Of a stretch of DNA of 64,000 nucleotides, positions 45,130 through 58,041 are shown in pieces (positions within the stretch are counted from its first letter, which is position 1; each line of letters opens with the position of its first letter). Below the pieces are notes generated by a model, which ran no database searches, was not told the DNA's origin, and saw only the letters and a list, made by a program, of their open reading frames with translations. The position numbers and the translations under genes were made by a program. Source of the stretch: Macrostomum lignano (taxonomy: Eukaryota); assembly GCA_002269645.1 (NCBI GenBank), contig NIVC01000212.1, forward strand, positions 372,001-436,000, in the 5' to 3' direction.

Positions 45130-46620
45130 GTGCCACAACCCTCAGCTCCTAGCAAACCCTGTGCCACAACCCTCAGCTCCTAGCAAACCCTGTGCCACAA
45201 CCCTCAGCTCCTAGCAAACCCTGTGCCACAACCCTCAGCTCCTAGCAAACCCTGTGCCACAACCCTCAGCTCCTAGCAAACCATGTGCCACAACCCTCAG
45301 CTCCTAGCAAACCCTGTGCCACAACCCTCAGCTCCTAGCAAACCCTGTGCCACAACCCTCAGCTCCTAGCAAACCCTGTGCCACAACCCTCAGCTCCTAG
45401 CAAACCCTGTGCCACAACCCTCAGCTCCTAGCAAACCCTGTGCCACAACCCTCAGCTCCTAGCAAACCCTGTGCCACAACCCATAAACACTACTGAGCCC
45501 TGTGACACAACCCATAAACACTACTGAGCCCTGTGACACAACCCATAAACACTACTGAGCCCTGTGACACAACCCATAAACACTACTGAACCCTGTGACA
45601 CAACCCATAAACACTACTGAGCCCTGTGACACAACCCATAAACACTACTGAACCCTGTGACACAACCCATAAACACTACTGAGCCCTGTGACACAACCCA
45701 TAAACACTACTGAACCCTGTGACACAACCCATAAACACTACTGAACCCTGTGGCACAACCCATAAACACTACTGAACCCTGTGGCACAACCCATAAACAC
45801 TACTGAGCCCTGTGGCACAACCCATAAGCACTACTGAACCCTGTGACACAACCCATAAACACAACTGAGCCCTGTGACACAACCCATAAACACTACTGAA
45901 CCCTGTGACACAACCCATAAACACCACTGAGCCCTGTGACACAACCCATAAACACTACTGAACCCTGTGACACAACCCATAAACACTACTGAACCCTGTG
46001 ACACAACCCATAAACACTACTGAACCCTGTGGCACAACCCATAAGCACTACTGAACCCTGTGACACAACCCATAAACACTACTGAACCCTGTGGCACAAC
46101 CCATAAACACTACTGAACCCTGTGGCACAACCCATAAACACTACTGAGCCCTGTGACACAACCCATAAACACTACTGAACCCTGTGACACAACCCATAAA
46201 CACTACTGAGCCCTGTGACACAACCCATAAACACTACTGAGCCCTGTGACACAACCCATAAACACTACTGAGCCCTGTGACACAACCCATAAACACTACT
46301 GAACCCTGTGACACAACCCATAAACACTACTGAGCCCTGTGACACAACCCATAAACACTACTGAACCCTGTGACACAACCCATAAACACTACTGAACCCT
46401 GTGGCACAACCCATAAACACTACTGAGCCGTGTGCCACAACCCATAAACACTACTGAGCCGTGTGCCACAACCCATAAACACTACTGAACCCTGTGACAC
46501 AACCCATAAACACTACTGAACCCTGTGGCACAACCCATAAACACTACTGAGCCCTGTGACACAACCCATAAACACTACTGAGCCCTGTGACACAACCCAT
46601 AAACACTACTGAACCCTGTG
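45130..46620. repeat. 31-bp satellite array in two blocks (switch at ~45480)
   Basis: Block 1 ccctgtgccacaaccctcagctcctagcaaa; block 2 ccctgtgacacaacccataaacactactgag. Confidence 0.95.
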
Positions 46621-47020
46621 CAATCCTGTTAATTTTTAACCTAATAAATCCAAGCAATACTGTTTATTTTCGTGCTTTTCTATACTAAAAAATTATCAAT
46701 AAATAAACCCGATCGATTCGTGGCATGATTGATTTAGTTGACGCTTTGGTTACCTTCGTTTCTCGGAAGCATCTATCGTAGTTTACATTGAATTTTTTTT
46801 ACTCAATAGACATCGGAAAGTTATTTACGAGCGTAACAGGTTAACCATATTGTCCCTGAATAATGTACTAATATTATAATGCTAATTACAACATATAATA
46901 AAAAGCAGGTCCCCGTATGTAGATCGATCTTGTTGAAGATCTAAATCTTTCAAATTCAGCCCTATTTGCCTGCTGAGACACAACTGAACTAACCGCAACT
47001 CAATTCTCTACCAATACTTT

Positions 47021-49003
47021 TTACCTGTAATTATTCAATTTTATCAACCCTTTTACCATAATTCTATCCATTCCACCCTCAAACTCATCCATTCCACCCT
47101 CAACCTTATCCATTCCACCCTCAACCTTATCCATTCCACCCTCAACCTTATCCATTCCACCCTCAACCTTAACCATTCCACCCTCAACCTCATCAACTCT
47201 ATTCTCAACCTCATCAACTCTATTCTCAACCTCAACCACTCTATTCTCAACCTCATCCACTCTATTCTCAACCTCATCAACTCTATTCTCAACCTCATCA
47301 ACTCTATTCTCAACCTCATCCACTCTATTCTCAACCTTAACCACTCTATTCTCAACCTCATCCACTCTATTCTCAACCTCATCAACTCTATTCTCAACCT
47401 CATCAACTCTATTCTCAACCTCATCCACTCTATTCTCAACCTCATCAACTCTATTCTCAACCTCATCAACTCTATTCTCAACCTCATCCACTCTATTCTC
47501 AACCTTAACCACTCTATTCTCAACCTCATCCACTCTATTCTCAACCTCATCAACTCTATTCTCAACCTCATCCACTCTATTCTCAACCTCATCAACTCTA
47601 TTCTCAACCTCATCAACTCTATTCTCAACCTCATCCACTCTATTCTCAACCTCATCCACTCTATTCTCAACCTCATCAACTCTATTCTCAACCTCATCCA
47701 CTCTATTCTCAACCTCATCCACTCTATTCTCAACCTCATCAACTCTATTCTGAACCTCATCAACTCTATTCTCAACCTCATCAACTCTATTCTCAACCTC
47801 ATCAACTCTATTCTCAACCTCATCCACTCTATTCTCAACCTCATCAACTCTATTCTCAACCTCATCAACTCTATTCTCAACCTCAACCACTCTATTCTCA
47901 ACCTCATCCACTCTATTCTCAACCTCATCAACTCTATTCTCAACCTCATCAACTCTATTCTCAACCTCATCCACTCTATTCTCAACCTCGTCAACTCTAT
48001 TCTCAACCTCAACCACTCTATTCTCAACCTCATCAACTCTATCCTCAACCTCATCCACTCTATTCTCAACCTCATCAACTCTATTCTCAACCTCAACCAC
48101 TCTATTCTCAACCTCATCCATTCTACCCCCAATCTTATCCATTCCACCCTCAACCTCATCCATTCCACCCTCAACCTTAACCATTCCACCCTCAACCTTA
48201 ACCATTCCACCCTCAACCTTATCCATTCCACCCTCAACCTCATCCATTCCACCCTCAACCTCATCCACTCTATTCTCAACCTCATCAACTCTATTCTCAA
48301 CCTCATCAACTCTATTCTCAACCTCATCCACTCTATTCTCAACCTCATCAACTCTATTCTCAACCTCATCAACTCTATTCTCAACCTCATCCACTCTATT
48401 CTCAACCTTAACCACTCTATTCTCAACCTTAACCACTCTATTCTCAACCTCATCCACTCTATTCTCAACCTCATCCACTCTACCCTCAACCTTATCCATT
48501 CCACCCTCAACCTCATCCATTCCACCCTCAACCCCATCCGCTCTACCCTCAACCCCATCCGCTCTACCCTCAACCCCAGCCACTCTACCCTCAACCCCAG
48601 CCACTCTTCCCTCAACCTCGTTCATTCTACCCCCAATCTCATCCATTCTACCCCCAACTCCATCTATTCTAACTCCCATTTCATTCATTCTACCCCCAAC
48701 TCCATCTATTCTAACTCCCATTTCATTCATTCTACCCCCAACTCCATCTATTCTACCCTCAATACCATCCATTCTATTCCCAACTCCATCTACTCTACCC
48801 TCAACCCCATCCATTCTACCCTCAACCTCCTCGATTCTATTCCCAACTCCATATATTCTACCCTCAACCCCATCCATTCTACCTTCAACTCCATCTACTC
48901 TACCCCCAACCCCATCCATTCTACCCTCAACCCCATCTATTCTAACCCCCATTTCATCCATTGTACCCTCAACCCTTTCCATTCTACCCTCAACATTACT
49001 CAT
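47021..49003 (-). CDS. Possible acidic heptad-repeat coiled-coil protein (VDEVENR)n, 660 aa; may be only a 21-bp minisatellite
   Basis: ATG-to-stop ORF built almost entirely of 21-bp units with V at heptad a/d positions; no indel breaks the frame. Confidence 0.35.
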   Translation of the reverse strand: MSNVEGRMERVEGTMDEMGVRIDGVEGRMDGVGGRVDGVEGRMDGVEGRIYGVGNRIEEVEGRMDGVEGRVDGVGNRMDGIEGRIDGVGGRMNEMGVRIDGVGGRMNEMGVRIDGVGGRMDEIGGRMNEVEGRVAGVEGRVAGVEGRADGVEGRADGVEGGMDEVEGGMDKVEGRVDEVENRVDEVENRVVKVENRVVKVENRVDEVENRVDEVENRVDEVENRVDEVENRVDEVENRVDEVENRVDEVEGGMDEVEGGMDKVEGGMVKVEGGMVKVEGGMDEVEGGMDKIGGRMDEVENRVVEVENRVDEVENRVDEVEDRVDEVENRVVEVENRVDEVENRVDEVENRVDEVENRVDEVENRVDEVENRVVEVENRVDEVENRVDEVENRVDEVENRVDEVENRVDEVENRVDEVQNRVDEVENRVDEVENRVDEVENRVDEVENRVDEVENRVDEVENRVDEVENRVDEVENRVDEVENRVDEVENRVDEVENRVVKVENRVDEVENRVDEVENRVDEVENRVDEVENRVDEVENRVDEVENRVDEVENRVVKVENRVDEVENRVDEVENRVDEVENRVDEVENRVVEVENRVDEVENRVDEVEGGMVKVEGGMDKVEGGMDKVEGGMDKVEGGMDEFEGGMDRIMVKGLIKLNNYR

Positions 49004-49218
49004 TCTTACCCTAGACCCAGCCTGCCTACCCTAACTTTATCCATTCTACCTTCTGTAGATAAAACTGGTTCTACCCGTTAACCCTATCATTTCTACCCAA
49101 CCCGTCGTTTCTACTTCTCCGCAAATCAGGAACCAAAAACGCTGCTATATAACCTACAGCGGCTTGCATTCGAATTAATTACCTTCATGACTAATTACCG
49201 CATGCCAGTAAGCGCATA

Positions 49219-51939
49219 ATGAGCGCTATCCGTCTGCCAGCAGTTGTCAACGTTACGGACTGGGTCGCAGTCAATCGGGACCAGTTTCTGCCACCTGTCT
49301 GCAACAAGATGCTGCACACTGACGGTCAGCTAAAGCTGTTCTACGTTGGCGGGCCCAACCAGCGCAAGGACTATCACATTGAGGAGGGCGAGGAGCTGTT
49401 CTATATGGAACGGGGCGATATGGAATTGAAAATGCTGATTGGCAATCGGTTTGTTAGCCAGCCAATTTTACAGGGCCAGCTGTTCTTGTTGCCTGGCAAC
49501 TTGTTTCACAGTCCGCAACGGGCGGCTGACACTATTGGATGGGTTATTGAAAGGTTTGTTATAGTCTCTGTTTAGCCTTGCCTTTTGTTTTTCTCTGTGT
49601 TTATCTTTTATCACTGTGTGTCTGTTTGTTTATCTCTGTTTATATCCATTGTGTGTTTCTCTGCTGTGTTTTTATCCAGTGTGTGTTTATCTCTGCTCTG
49701 TTTATATCCAGTGTGTATTTATCTCTGTTCTGCTTATATCCAGCCTGTGTGTTTATCTCCACTCTGTTTATATCCAGTGTGTGTTTATCTCTGCTCTGTT
49801 TATATTCAGTATGTGTTTATCTCTGCTCTGTTTATATCCAGTGTGTGTTAATATCTGCTCTGTTTATATCCAGTGTGTGTTTATCTCCGCTCTGTTTATA
49901 TCCAGCCTGTGTGTTTATCTCCGCTCTGTTTATATCCAGCCTGTGTGTTTATCTCCGCTCTGTTTATATCCAGCCTGTGTGTTTATCTCCGCTCTGTTTA
50001 TATCCAGTGTGTGTTTATCTCTGCTCTGTTTATATCCAGCCTGTGTGTTTATCTCTGCTCTGTTTATATCCAGTGTGTGTTTATCTCTGCTCTGTTTATA
50101 TCCAGTGTGTGTTTATCTCTGCTCTGTTTATATCCAGCCTGTGTGTTTATCTCCGCTCTGTTTATATCCAGCCTGTGTGTTTATCTCCGCTCTGTTTATA
50201 TCCAGTGTGTGTTTATCTCTGCTCTGTTTATATCCAGCCTGTGTGTTTATCTCCGCTCTGTTTATATCCAGTGTGTGTTTATCTCTGCTCTGTTTATATC
50301 CAGCCTGTGTGTTTATCTCCGCTCTGTTTATATCCAGCCTGTGTGTTTATCTCTGCTCTGTTTATATTCAGTGTGTGTTTATCTCCGCTCTGTTTATATC
50401 CAGCCTGTGTGTTTATCTCCGCTCTGTTTATATCCAGTGTGTGTTTATCTCTGCTTTGTTTATATCCAGCCTGTGTGTTTATCTCCGCTCTGTTTATATC
50501 CAGTGTGTGTTTATCTCTGCTCTGTTTATATCCAGCCTGTGTGTTTATCTCTGCTTTGTTTATATCCAGTGTGTGTTTATCTCTGCTCTGTTTATATCCA
50601 GCCTGTGTGTTTATCTCCGCTCTGTTTATATCCAGCCTGTGTGTTTATCTCCGCTCTGTTTATATCCAGTGTGTGTTTATCTCCGCTCTGTTTATATCCA
50701 GCCTGTGTGTTTATCTCCGCTCTGTTTATATCCAGCCTGTGTGTTTATCTCTGCTCTGTTTATATCCAGTGTGTGTTTATCTCCGCTCTGTTTATATCCA
50801 GCCTGTGTGTTTATCTCCGCTCTGTTTATATCCAGTGTGTGTTTATCTCTGCTCTGTTTATATCCAGCCTGTGTGTTTATCTCCGCTCTGTTTATATCCA
50901 GTGTGTGTTTATCTCTGCTCTGTTTATATCCAGCCTGTGTGTTTATCTCTGCTTTGTTTATATCCAGTGTGTGTTTATCTCTGCTCTGTTTATATCCAGC
51001 CTGTGTGTTTATCTCCGCTCTGTTTATATCCAGCCTGTGTGTTTATCTCCGCTCTGTTTATATCCAGTGTGTGTTTATCTCCGCTCTGTTTATATCCAGC
51101 CTGTGTGTTTATCTCTGCTCTGTTTATATCCAGCCTGTGTGTTTATCTCCGCTCTGTTTATATCCAGCCTGTGTGTTTATCTCCGCTCTGTTTGTAATTG
51201 GTTTTTGTGCTTGTCACCATTTTCCTGTGTGTGTTTATATGTGTTTAACTGTAATATATATTTTTAGCTGTGTTTATAATTTATCTACAGCTAACTCTGC
51301 TATGACTAAAACCAAACTGCAATCACTAGAGAGCGCCTGGCCAGCGAGATGGACGGACTGCGCTATTTCCTAGAAACGGCCGACGGAACGCCCACTCTGA
51401 GGCCGCTATTCGAGCGCTACGTGCATATGAGAGATTTGGGCTCCCAGGTGGCCGAGATAATTGCCGAGTACCGCCGCTCCGAAGAGTTCCGTACCGGACA
51501 GCCGAAAAAGTCTGCGTCGGACAATGCCGACACAGCAGCCGTAGCCTACAAGCCCGAGCTTCGGCCGCTGCCCCCGGTCACTTTGGCCGATTGGCTGGAC
51601 AAGCATCAACAAGAACTTGACAACGCTGAAGTCAAGAATGGCAGCTCGTCCTTGGAGGTTTTTCCTAGCCAGTGCGGCTACCAGTTTCTAGTTGAAGTTG
51701 TCGGTCGAAGCGATGGTCGGCAAGAATTTGTCGAGTACAACTGCGAGACCTGGCTGCTGCAACTGGTGGGAGAATGCTCGGTGACGTTCTACGTTGAAAA
51801 AGGTCAAACAGCGACAGCTAGGCGATTAGGCGAGAAAGATTCACTTTTAGTGCCAGCTGGAGTCGCCTTTGGTGTGGTGCAGTCAGCCGGTTGTCGGCTA
51901 CTCAAGGCTAGCCAGGACCCAGGTCGGAAAGGCTACTGA
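49219..51939 (+). CDS. HAAO: 3-hydroxyanthranilate 3,4-dioxygenase; exons 49219-49553 and 51330-51939 (314 aa)
   Basis: FLPPVCNKMLH, VGGPNQRKDYHIEEGEELFY, HSPQRAADTIGWVIER|ERLASEMDGLRYF, DLGSQV; includes the C-terminal second cupin. Confidence 0.95.
49620..51195. repeat. 32/34-bp minisatellite filling the HAAO intron
   Basis: Unit (cc)tgtgtgtttatctccgctctgtttatatccag. Confidence 0.95.
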
Positions 51940-52489
51940 CTCACTGGCTGAAACTGAGCGTACGAGCGTAATTCCCCCTTTTTGCGGACACCCATCAATG
52001 GAAGGTTTTTGTCCATAAACAAATCAAGCATTACTTTTTATAATTCATCTTTTGAGTTCACACCATACATGTGGGTACGAGTGCTTAAAATTGTTTGGTG
52101 ATGTTGAAATTATTGATTTCTTTTTGATTATATACACCATATATATTTTAATTAGTTTTAGTGCGTTATATAATTGATTTTTATTGAAGGTTTTTGCCTT
52201 CAAGCTGAGTTTAGTGCTTTTTTCCATTATCTTATCTGCTGTGAAATCCAATTTTGCATTACGGATCTATCTTATCTATACGGTAGTTTATATTTGCCAA
52301 AACTGATTTTATTATGATTTTAGGCGCAAGTTTGTTGTGTACTTTTTTGAAGAAATAAATTTATTGATCTTATGAATGAATTCAGCTTATGGTTTTTTAT
52401 CATTTTATGGTGCTTTTTAAGCTAAAGCCTAGTATTTTTAACCCACCTCACTCCCCGTTGCGCCCATTCAAACTTTATCTGAGCTATTT

Positions 52490-53600
52490 TAACTTCCGTT
52501 AGACACCCGCCTCACCCCCCGTCAAACAGCTACCCTCGCTTCGCCCATCCTAACTTAATTTCTAATTCCACCCTCGTTGGACACCCACCTCACTCCACGC
52601 CAAACAGCTACCCCTCGCTGCGCCCATCCTAACTTAATTTAATTCTAATTCCACCCTCGTTGGACACCCACCTCACTCCACGCCGAACAGCTACCCTCGC
52701 TGCGCCCATCCTAACTTAATTTAATTCTAATTCCACCCTCGTTGGACACCCACCTCACTCCACGCCAAACAGCTACCCTCGCTGCGCCCATCCTAACTTA
52801 ATTTAATTCTAATTCCACCCTCGTTGGACACCCACCTCACTCCACGCCAAACAGCTTCCCCTCGCTGCGCCCATCCTAACTTAATTTAATTCTAATTCCA
52901 CCCTCGTTGGACACCCACCTCACTCCACGCCAAACAGCTACCCCTCGCTGCGCCCATCCTAACTTAATTTAATTCTAATTCCACCCTCGTTGGACACCCA
53001 CCTCACTCCACGCCAAACAGCTTCCCCTCGCTGCGCCCATCCTAACTTAATTTAATTCTAATTCCACCCTCGTTGGACACCCACCTCACTCCACGCCAAA
53101 CAGCTACCCTCGCTGCGCCCATCCTAACTTAATTTAATTCTAATTCCACCCTCGTTGGACACCCACCTCACTCCACGCCAAACAGCTACCCTCGCTGCGC
53201 CCATCCTAACTTAATTTAATTCTAATTCCACCCTCGTTGGACACCCACCTCACTCCACGCCAAACAGCTACCCCTCGCTGCGCCCATCCTAACTTAATTT
53301 AATTCTAATTCCACCCTCGTTGGACACCCACCTCACTCCACGCCAAACAGCTACCCCTCGCTGCGCCCATCCTAACTTAATTTAATTCTAATTCCAACCT
53401 CGTTGGACACCCACCTCACTCCACGCCAAACAGCTTCCCCTCGCTGCGCCCATCCTAACTTAATTTAATTCTAATTCCACCCTCGTTGGACACCCACCTC
53501 ACTCCACGCCAAACAGCTTCCCCTCGCTGCGCCCATCCTAACTTGATTTCTATTTTCACCCTCGTTGGACACCCACCTCACTCCCCGCCAAACAACCACT
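52490..53600. repeat. 82-83-bp tandem repeat, ~13 units
   Basis: Unit ccaccctcgttggacacccacctcactccacgccaaacagctaccctcgctgcgcccatcctaacttaatttaattctaatt. Confidence 0.95.
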
Positions 53601-53860
53601 CCTCGCTTCGCCTATCCTAACTTTATCTCTATTTCTACCCCCGCTAGACACCCACCTCACTCCCCACCAATCAACTACCCCCTCCCTGCGCCTATCAAAA
53701 AATTCAATGCAATTAGTGACAGTTTAATTGGGTACATAGTCTTTTTAATTAAAATAAATGTTTGAAACGATTCAACATTATTGTTTCAGTATAGTGGCTA
53801 ATGGGGGATTTTTTGTAAGCATAATCCGATAAAAGCTGCTCAGACTCTATCCAAAGAAGA

Positions 53861-56744
53861 ATGTCCGGCTTAAAGCGACTATGGCAGGGCGTGATTGGCC
53901 TGGAGGTTCACGCGCAAATCTCGAGCGCATCGAAGCTGTTCTCAGCGTCTCCGACAGCGTTTAATATGCCTGTTAATACGCAGGTCAGCCTGTTTGATGC
54001 CGCCATACCGGGCACTCTGCCGGTAAGTCAGCTGTCTGTCTGTATTAGCCTTTCTGTCTGTCTGTCTGTCTGTCTTAGTGTCTGTCTGTCTTAGTTTCTG
54101 TCTGTTTGTCCTAATGTCTGTTTGTCTTTCTGCCTGCCTGCCTGCCGGCCTATGCAATGTCCAACCTTGTCAATTCTCATTAACTCGCCCATCAGGTACT
54201 AAACCAGCGCTGCGTAGAGCTGGCCCTGAGAACAGCCCTGGCACTGAACTGCCGTATTAACGACGTCTCAGCATTCGACCGGAAGCACTATTTCTACGCG
54301 GACATGCCTGTAAGCCTGCGTCAGTCTTTATTTGTTGTCGTGACTTGTCGTATAAAATACGAGCTTAGCTCCTTTCATTTTTCTCTTTTGTCTACTAGGC
54401 AGGCTACCAGATCACTCAGCACTTCCGGCCCCTAGCCAACCATGGCAGGCTGGAATTCTACTGGCAGCCGGACGATAACGACCCGACCTCGATCGCCGAG
54501 TCCGTGGCTGACATTGTGCAGCTTCAGTTAGAGCAGGACAGCGGCCGAAGTCTGCACGATTCTGAGCGACAGCTCAGCCTGATCGATCTTAATAGGGCCG
54601 GTAAGATTAGGTATCCTGTGTTCAATACCCTGTTCCTCCAAACCAGACTCTCGGTCTCATGATCCTTTGAGAATGATATGTCCCGGTCTCATGATCCCCT
54701 TTGATAAGTCCCGGTCTCATGATCCCCTTTGATAAGTCCCGGTCTCATGATCCCCTTTGATAAGTCCCGGTCTCATGATCCCCTTTGATAAGTCCCGGTC
54801 TCATGATCCCCTTTGATAAGTCTCGGTCTCATGATCCCCTTTGATAAGTCCCGGTCTCATGATCCCCTTTGATAAGTCCCGGTCTCATGATCCCCTTTGA
54901 TAAGTCCCGGTCTCATGATCCCCTTTGATAAGTCTCGGTCTCATGATCCCCTTTGATAAGTCCCGGTCTCATGATCCATTTGATAATGATAAGTCCCGGT
55001 CTCATGATCTCCGTGATAAGTCCCGGTCTCATGATCTCCGTGATAAGTCCTAATCATCGAGCTAATACAGCTTCCCAATTGTCAATTCTCCCAATCCTCA
55101 GGCGTGGCCCTGATGGAGTTGATCACCGGGCCAACTCTCACCTGCGGCGCTGAAGCGGCTGGATTCGTTCGAGAGCTCGTCGACCTGCTCCGCTGCCTCG
55201 GCGCCTGCACTGGCAGTCTGGCCGAGGGCGCCTTGCGAGTCGACGCCAACGTCTCGTGCCGACCGGCGCCCCCTGCCGCTGGCGATTCGGGTCTGGGCGT
55301 TCGGACTGAGATTAAGAATATCAACAGTTTGGCTGCGCTGGCCCGGGCCATCGATTTCGAGGTGGCCAGACAGGCTGCTGTGCTGGACGCTGGCGAGGAG
55401 GTGAGTGTTGCTGGGCCAGCCTCCCAGATCATCAGTTGCTGGGCCAGCCTCCCAGATCCTCAGTTGCTAGGCCAGCCTCCCAGATCCTCAGTTGCTGGGC
55501 CAGCCTCCCAGATCCTCAGTTGCTGGGCCAGCCTCCCAGATCCTCAGTTGCTGGGCCAGCCTCCCAGATCCTCAGTTGCTGGGCCAGCCTCCCAGATCCT
55601 CAGCTGCTGGGCCAGCCTCCCAGATCCTCAGTTGCTGGGCCAGCCTCCCAGATCCTCAGTTGCTGGGCCAGCCTCCCAGATCATCAGTTGCTGGGCCAGC
55701 CTCTCAGATCCTCAGCTGCTGGGCCAGCCTCCCAGATCCTCAGTTGCTGGGCCAGCCTCCCAGATCCTCAGTTGCTGGGCCAGCCTCCCAGATCATCAGT
55801 TGCTGGGCCAGCCTCTCAGATCCTCAGTTGCTAGGCTAGCCTCCCAGATCCTCAGTTGCTAGGCTAGCCTCCCAGATCCTCATCCCTCAAAACCCAACAC
55901 CCGCTGACGGCCCTCTTCAATCCGGCAGGTGATCAACGAGACCCGAGCCTTAGCCGACGACGCCACAGGCCGCAGCGTGAGCATGCGCGACAAGGAGCGA
56001 GTCCAGGACTACCGGTTCATGCCGGAGCCGAACCTGCCGCCGCTCTTCCCATCCGACCTGCTGCCGGCGGCCTCCGTCGACCTGCCGCCGCCCGACCAGC
56101 TGCCGCCGGGTCTGCGTCGAAGGCTTCGGCAGGAGTTGGGTTTCTCCTATCAGCACCTGGCCTCCTCGGTGGTGGCCGCCAGACCCCTGGCTGATTGGCG
56201 CTATCTGGATGCCGCCGTGACAGCTGCTAAGTTGTCCAGGCCAGTAACCTCTCCCCACCTGGGCCGCTGGTTCGTTCACTGTTTCCTTGGCAACTGTTTC
56301 CGTTTACTAGGCGAATCCGCCGCCGCTGAGGATTCCGGTATCAGCGTTGAGTCGTTTGGCGCCTTTCTCAGCCTGGCAGTGGATTGCGCAATGATTAGCG
56401 AAGAGGTTGGCGAACGGTTATTAGAACGGATGTTCGCCCAGCCAAGTATGGATCCCCTGGCTGAGGTCCAGCGACTCAACTGGTTTCTAACTCGCAATCC
56501 GACTGAGGTAGCCAGCAGATTTTCTCAATTCTTTCATCGCCAAGATATTGCTAGCAAAAATCTCGACCAGCTGGTCAAGTATGGCAAATTCAAATTGCGT
56601 GGCAATTCTAAGAAAGCCTCGGTGATTGAAGAGCGGTTCCTGGCGCTGTTTATGGAGGCTGCAGAGTATACTGTTGATAGAACTGTGGCCGCGAAAGTTG
56701 TGGCCGATATACTTCAGAGCGGTGTGGCGCCTCCTCCATCGTGA
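53861..56744 (+). CDS. GATB: Glu-tRNA(Gln) amidotransferase subunit B, mitochondrial type; exons 53861-54022, 54196-54309, 54399-54600, 55102-55400, 55929-56744
   Basis: [14 protein letters not shown]|[15 protein letters not shown]|[65 protein letters not shown]; all introns are GT-AG with consistent phase. Confidence 0.96.
54670..55050. repeat. 28-bp minisatellite in GATB intron 3 (gtcccggtctcatgatcccctttgataa)
   Basis: Tandem units. Confidence 0.95.
55405..55880. repeat. 28-bp minisatellite in GATB intron 4 (gttgctgggccagcctcccagatcctca)
   Basis: Tandem units. Confidence 0.95.
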
Positions 56745-56934
56745 ATTCAGTAGAAAGATTTAAGGCTCCTGCATTTTAGTAGCTTAGTAATTAAATGTAA
56801 AACGTTAGTGAAATATATTAGTAGAATTACAATCGCAATTTATTATCCTGTTGATTTTCAAGATTTACTTTTTCTACTTTGAAGTTCTTTTTTATTAAAG
56901 TACAAATGTGATTTTTCGTGTTATAGACTCGGTG

Positions 56935-57960
56935 AAACTCCTTGTCACTCTCAGCTGTCACTCAGTGCGACTCCCTGTCACTTTTTCAGCTGTCACTCAG
57001 TGAAACTCCCTGTCACTCTCTCAGCTGTCACTCAGCGTGACTCCCTGTCACTTTTTCAGCTGTCACTCAGTGAAACTCCCTGTCACTCTCTCAGCTGTCA
57101 CTCAGCGTGACTCCCTGTCACTCTCTCAGCTGTCACTCAGCGTGACTCCCTGTCACTTTTTCAGCTGTCACTCAGTGAAACTCCCTGTCACTCTCTCAGC
57201 TGTCACTCAGCGTGACTCCCTGTCACTCTCTCTGCTTTCACTCAGTGAGACTCCCTGTCACTTTTTCAGCTGTCACTCAGTGAAACTCCCTGTCACTCTC
57301 TCTGCTGTCACTCAGTGAGACTCCCTGTCACTCTCTCAGCTGTCACTCAGCGTGACTCCCTGTCACTTTTTCAGCTGTCACTCAGTGCGACTCCCTGTCA
57401 CTCTCTCTGCTGTCACTCAGTGAGACTCCCTGTCACTCTCTCTGCTGTCACTCAGTGAAACTCCCTGTCACTCTCTCTGCTGTCACTCAGTGAGACTCCC
57501 TGTCACTTTTTCAGCTGTCACTCAGTGCGACTCCCTGTCACTCTCTCTGCTGTCACTCAGTGAGACTCCCTGTCACTTTTTCAGCTGTCACTCAGTGCGA
57601 CTCCCTGTCACTCTCTCTGCTGTCACTCAGTGAGACTCCCTGTCACTTTTTCAGCTGTCACTCAGTGAAACTCCCTGTCACTCTCTCAGCTGTCACTCAG
57701 TGAGACTCCCTGTCACTCTCTCAGCTGTCACTCAGCGTGACTCCCTGTCACTCTCTCAGCTGTCACTCAGTGGAACTCTCTGTCACTCTCTCAGCTAGCA
57801 CTCAGACTCCCTGTCACTCTCTCAGCTGTCACTCAGTGAAACTCCCTGTCACTCCCAGCTGTCACTCAGTGAGACTCCCTGTCACTCTCTCAGCTAGCAC
57901 TCAGACTCCCTGTCACTCCCTCAGCTAGCACTCAGTGAAACTCCGTCACTCTCTCAGCTT
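56935..57960. repeat. 35-bp minisatellite (ctccctgtcactctctcagctgtcactcagtgaga)
   Basis: Tandem units between GATB and GUCD1. Confidence 0.95.
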
Positions 57961-58041
57961 TGCTCTCATATTTGCTTCAAATTCAATGCTCGCTACTTCA
58001 TGTAGTAACAAATACATCAATCAATCTATATATACGAGCGT

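Noticed and set aside
45130-46620. CRISPR-like array (31-bp period; also the 82-bp array at 52490)
   Set aside because: Intervening sequences are themselves repeated rather than unique spacers, there are no cas genes, and the context is eukaryotic.
49578-51373. 460-590-aa Cys/Leu/Val-rich ORFs
   Set aside because: They are translations of the HAAO intron minisatellite and open in several frames at once.
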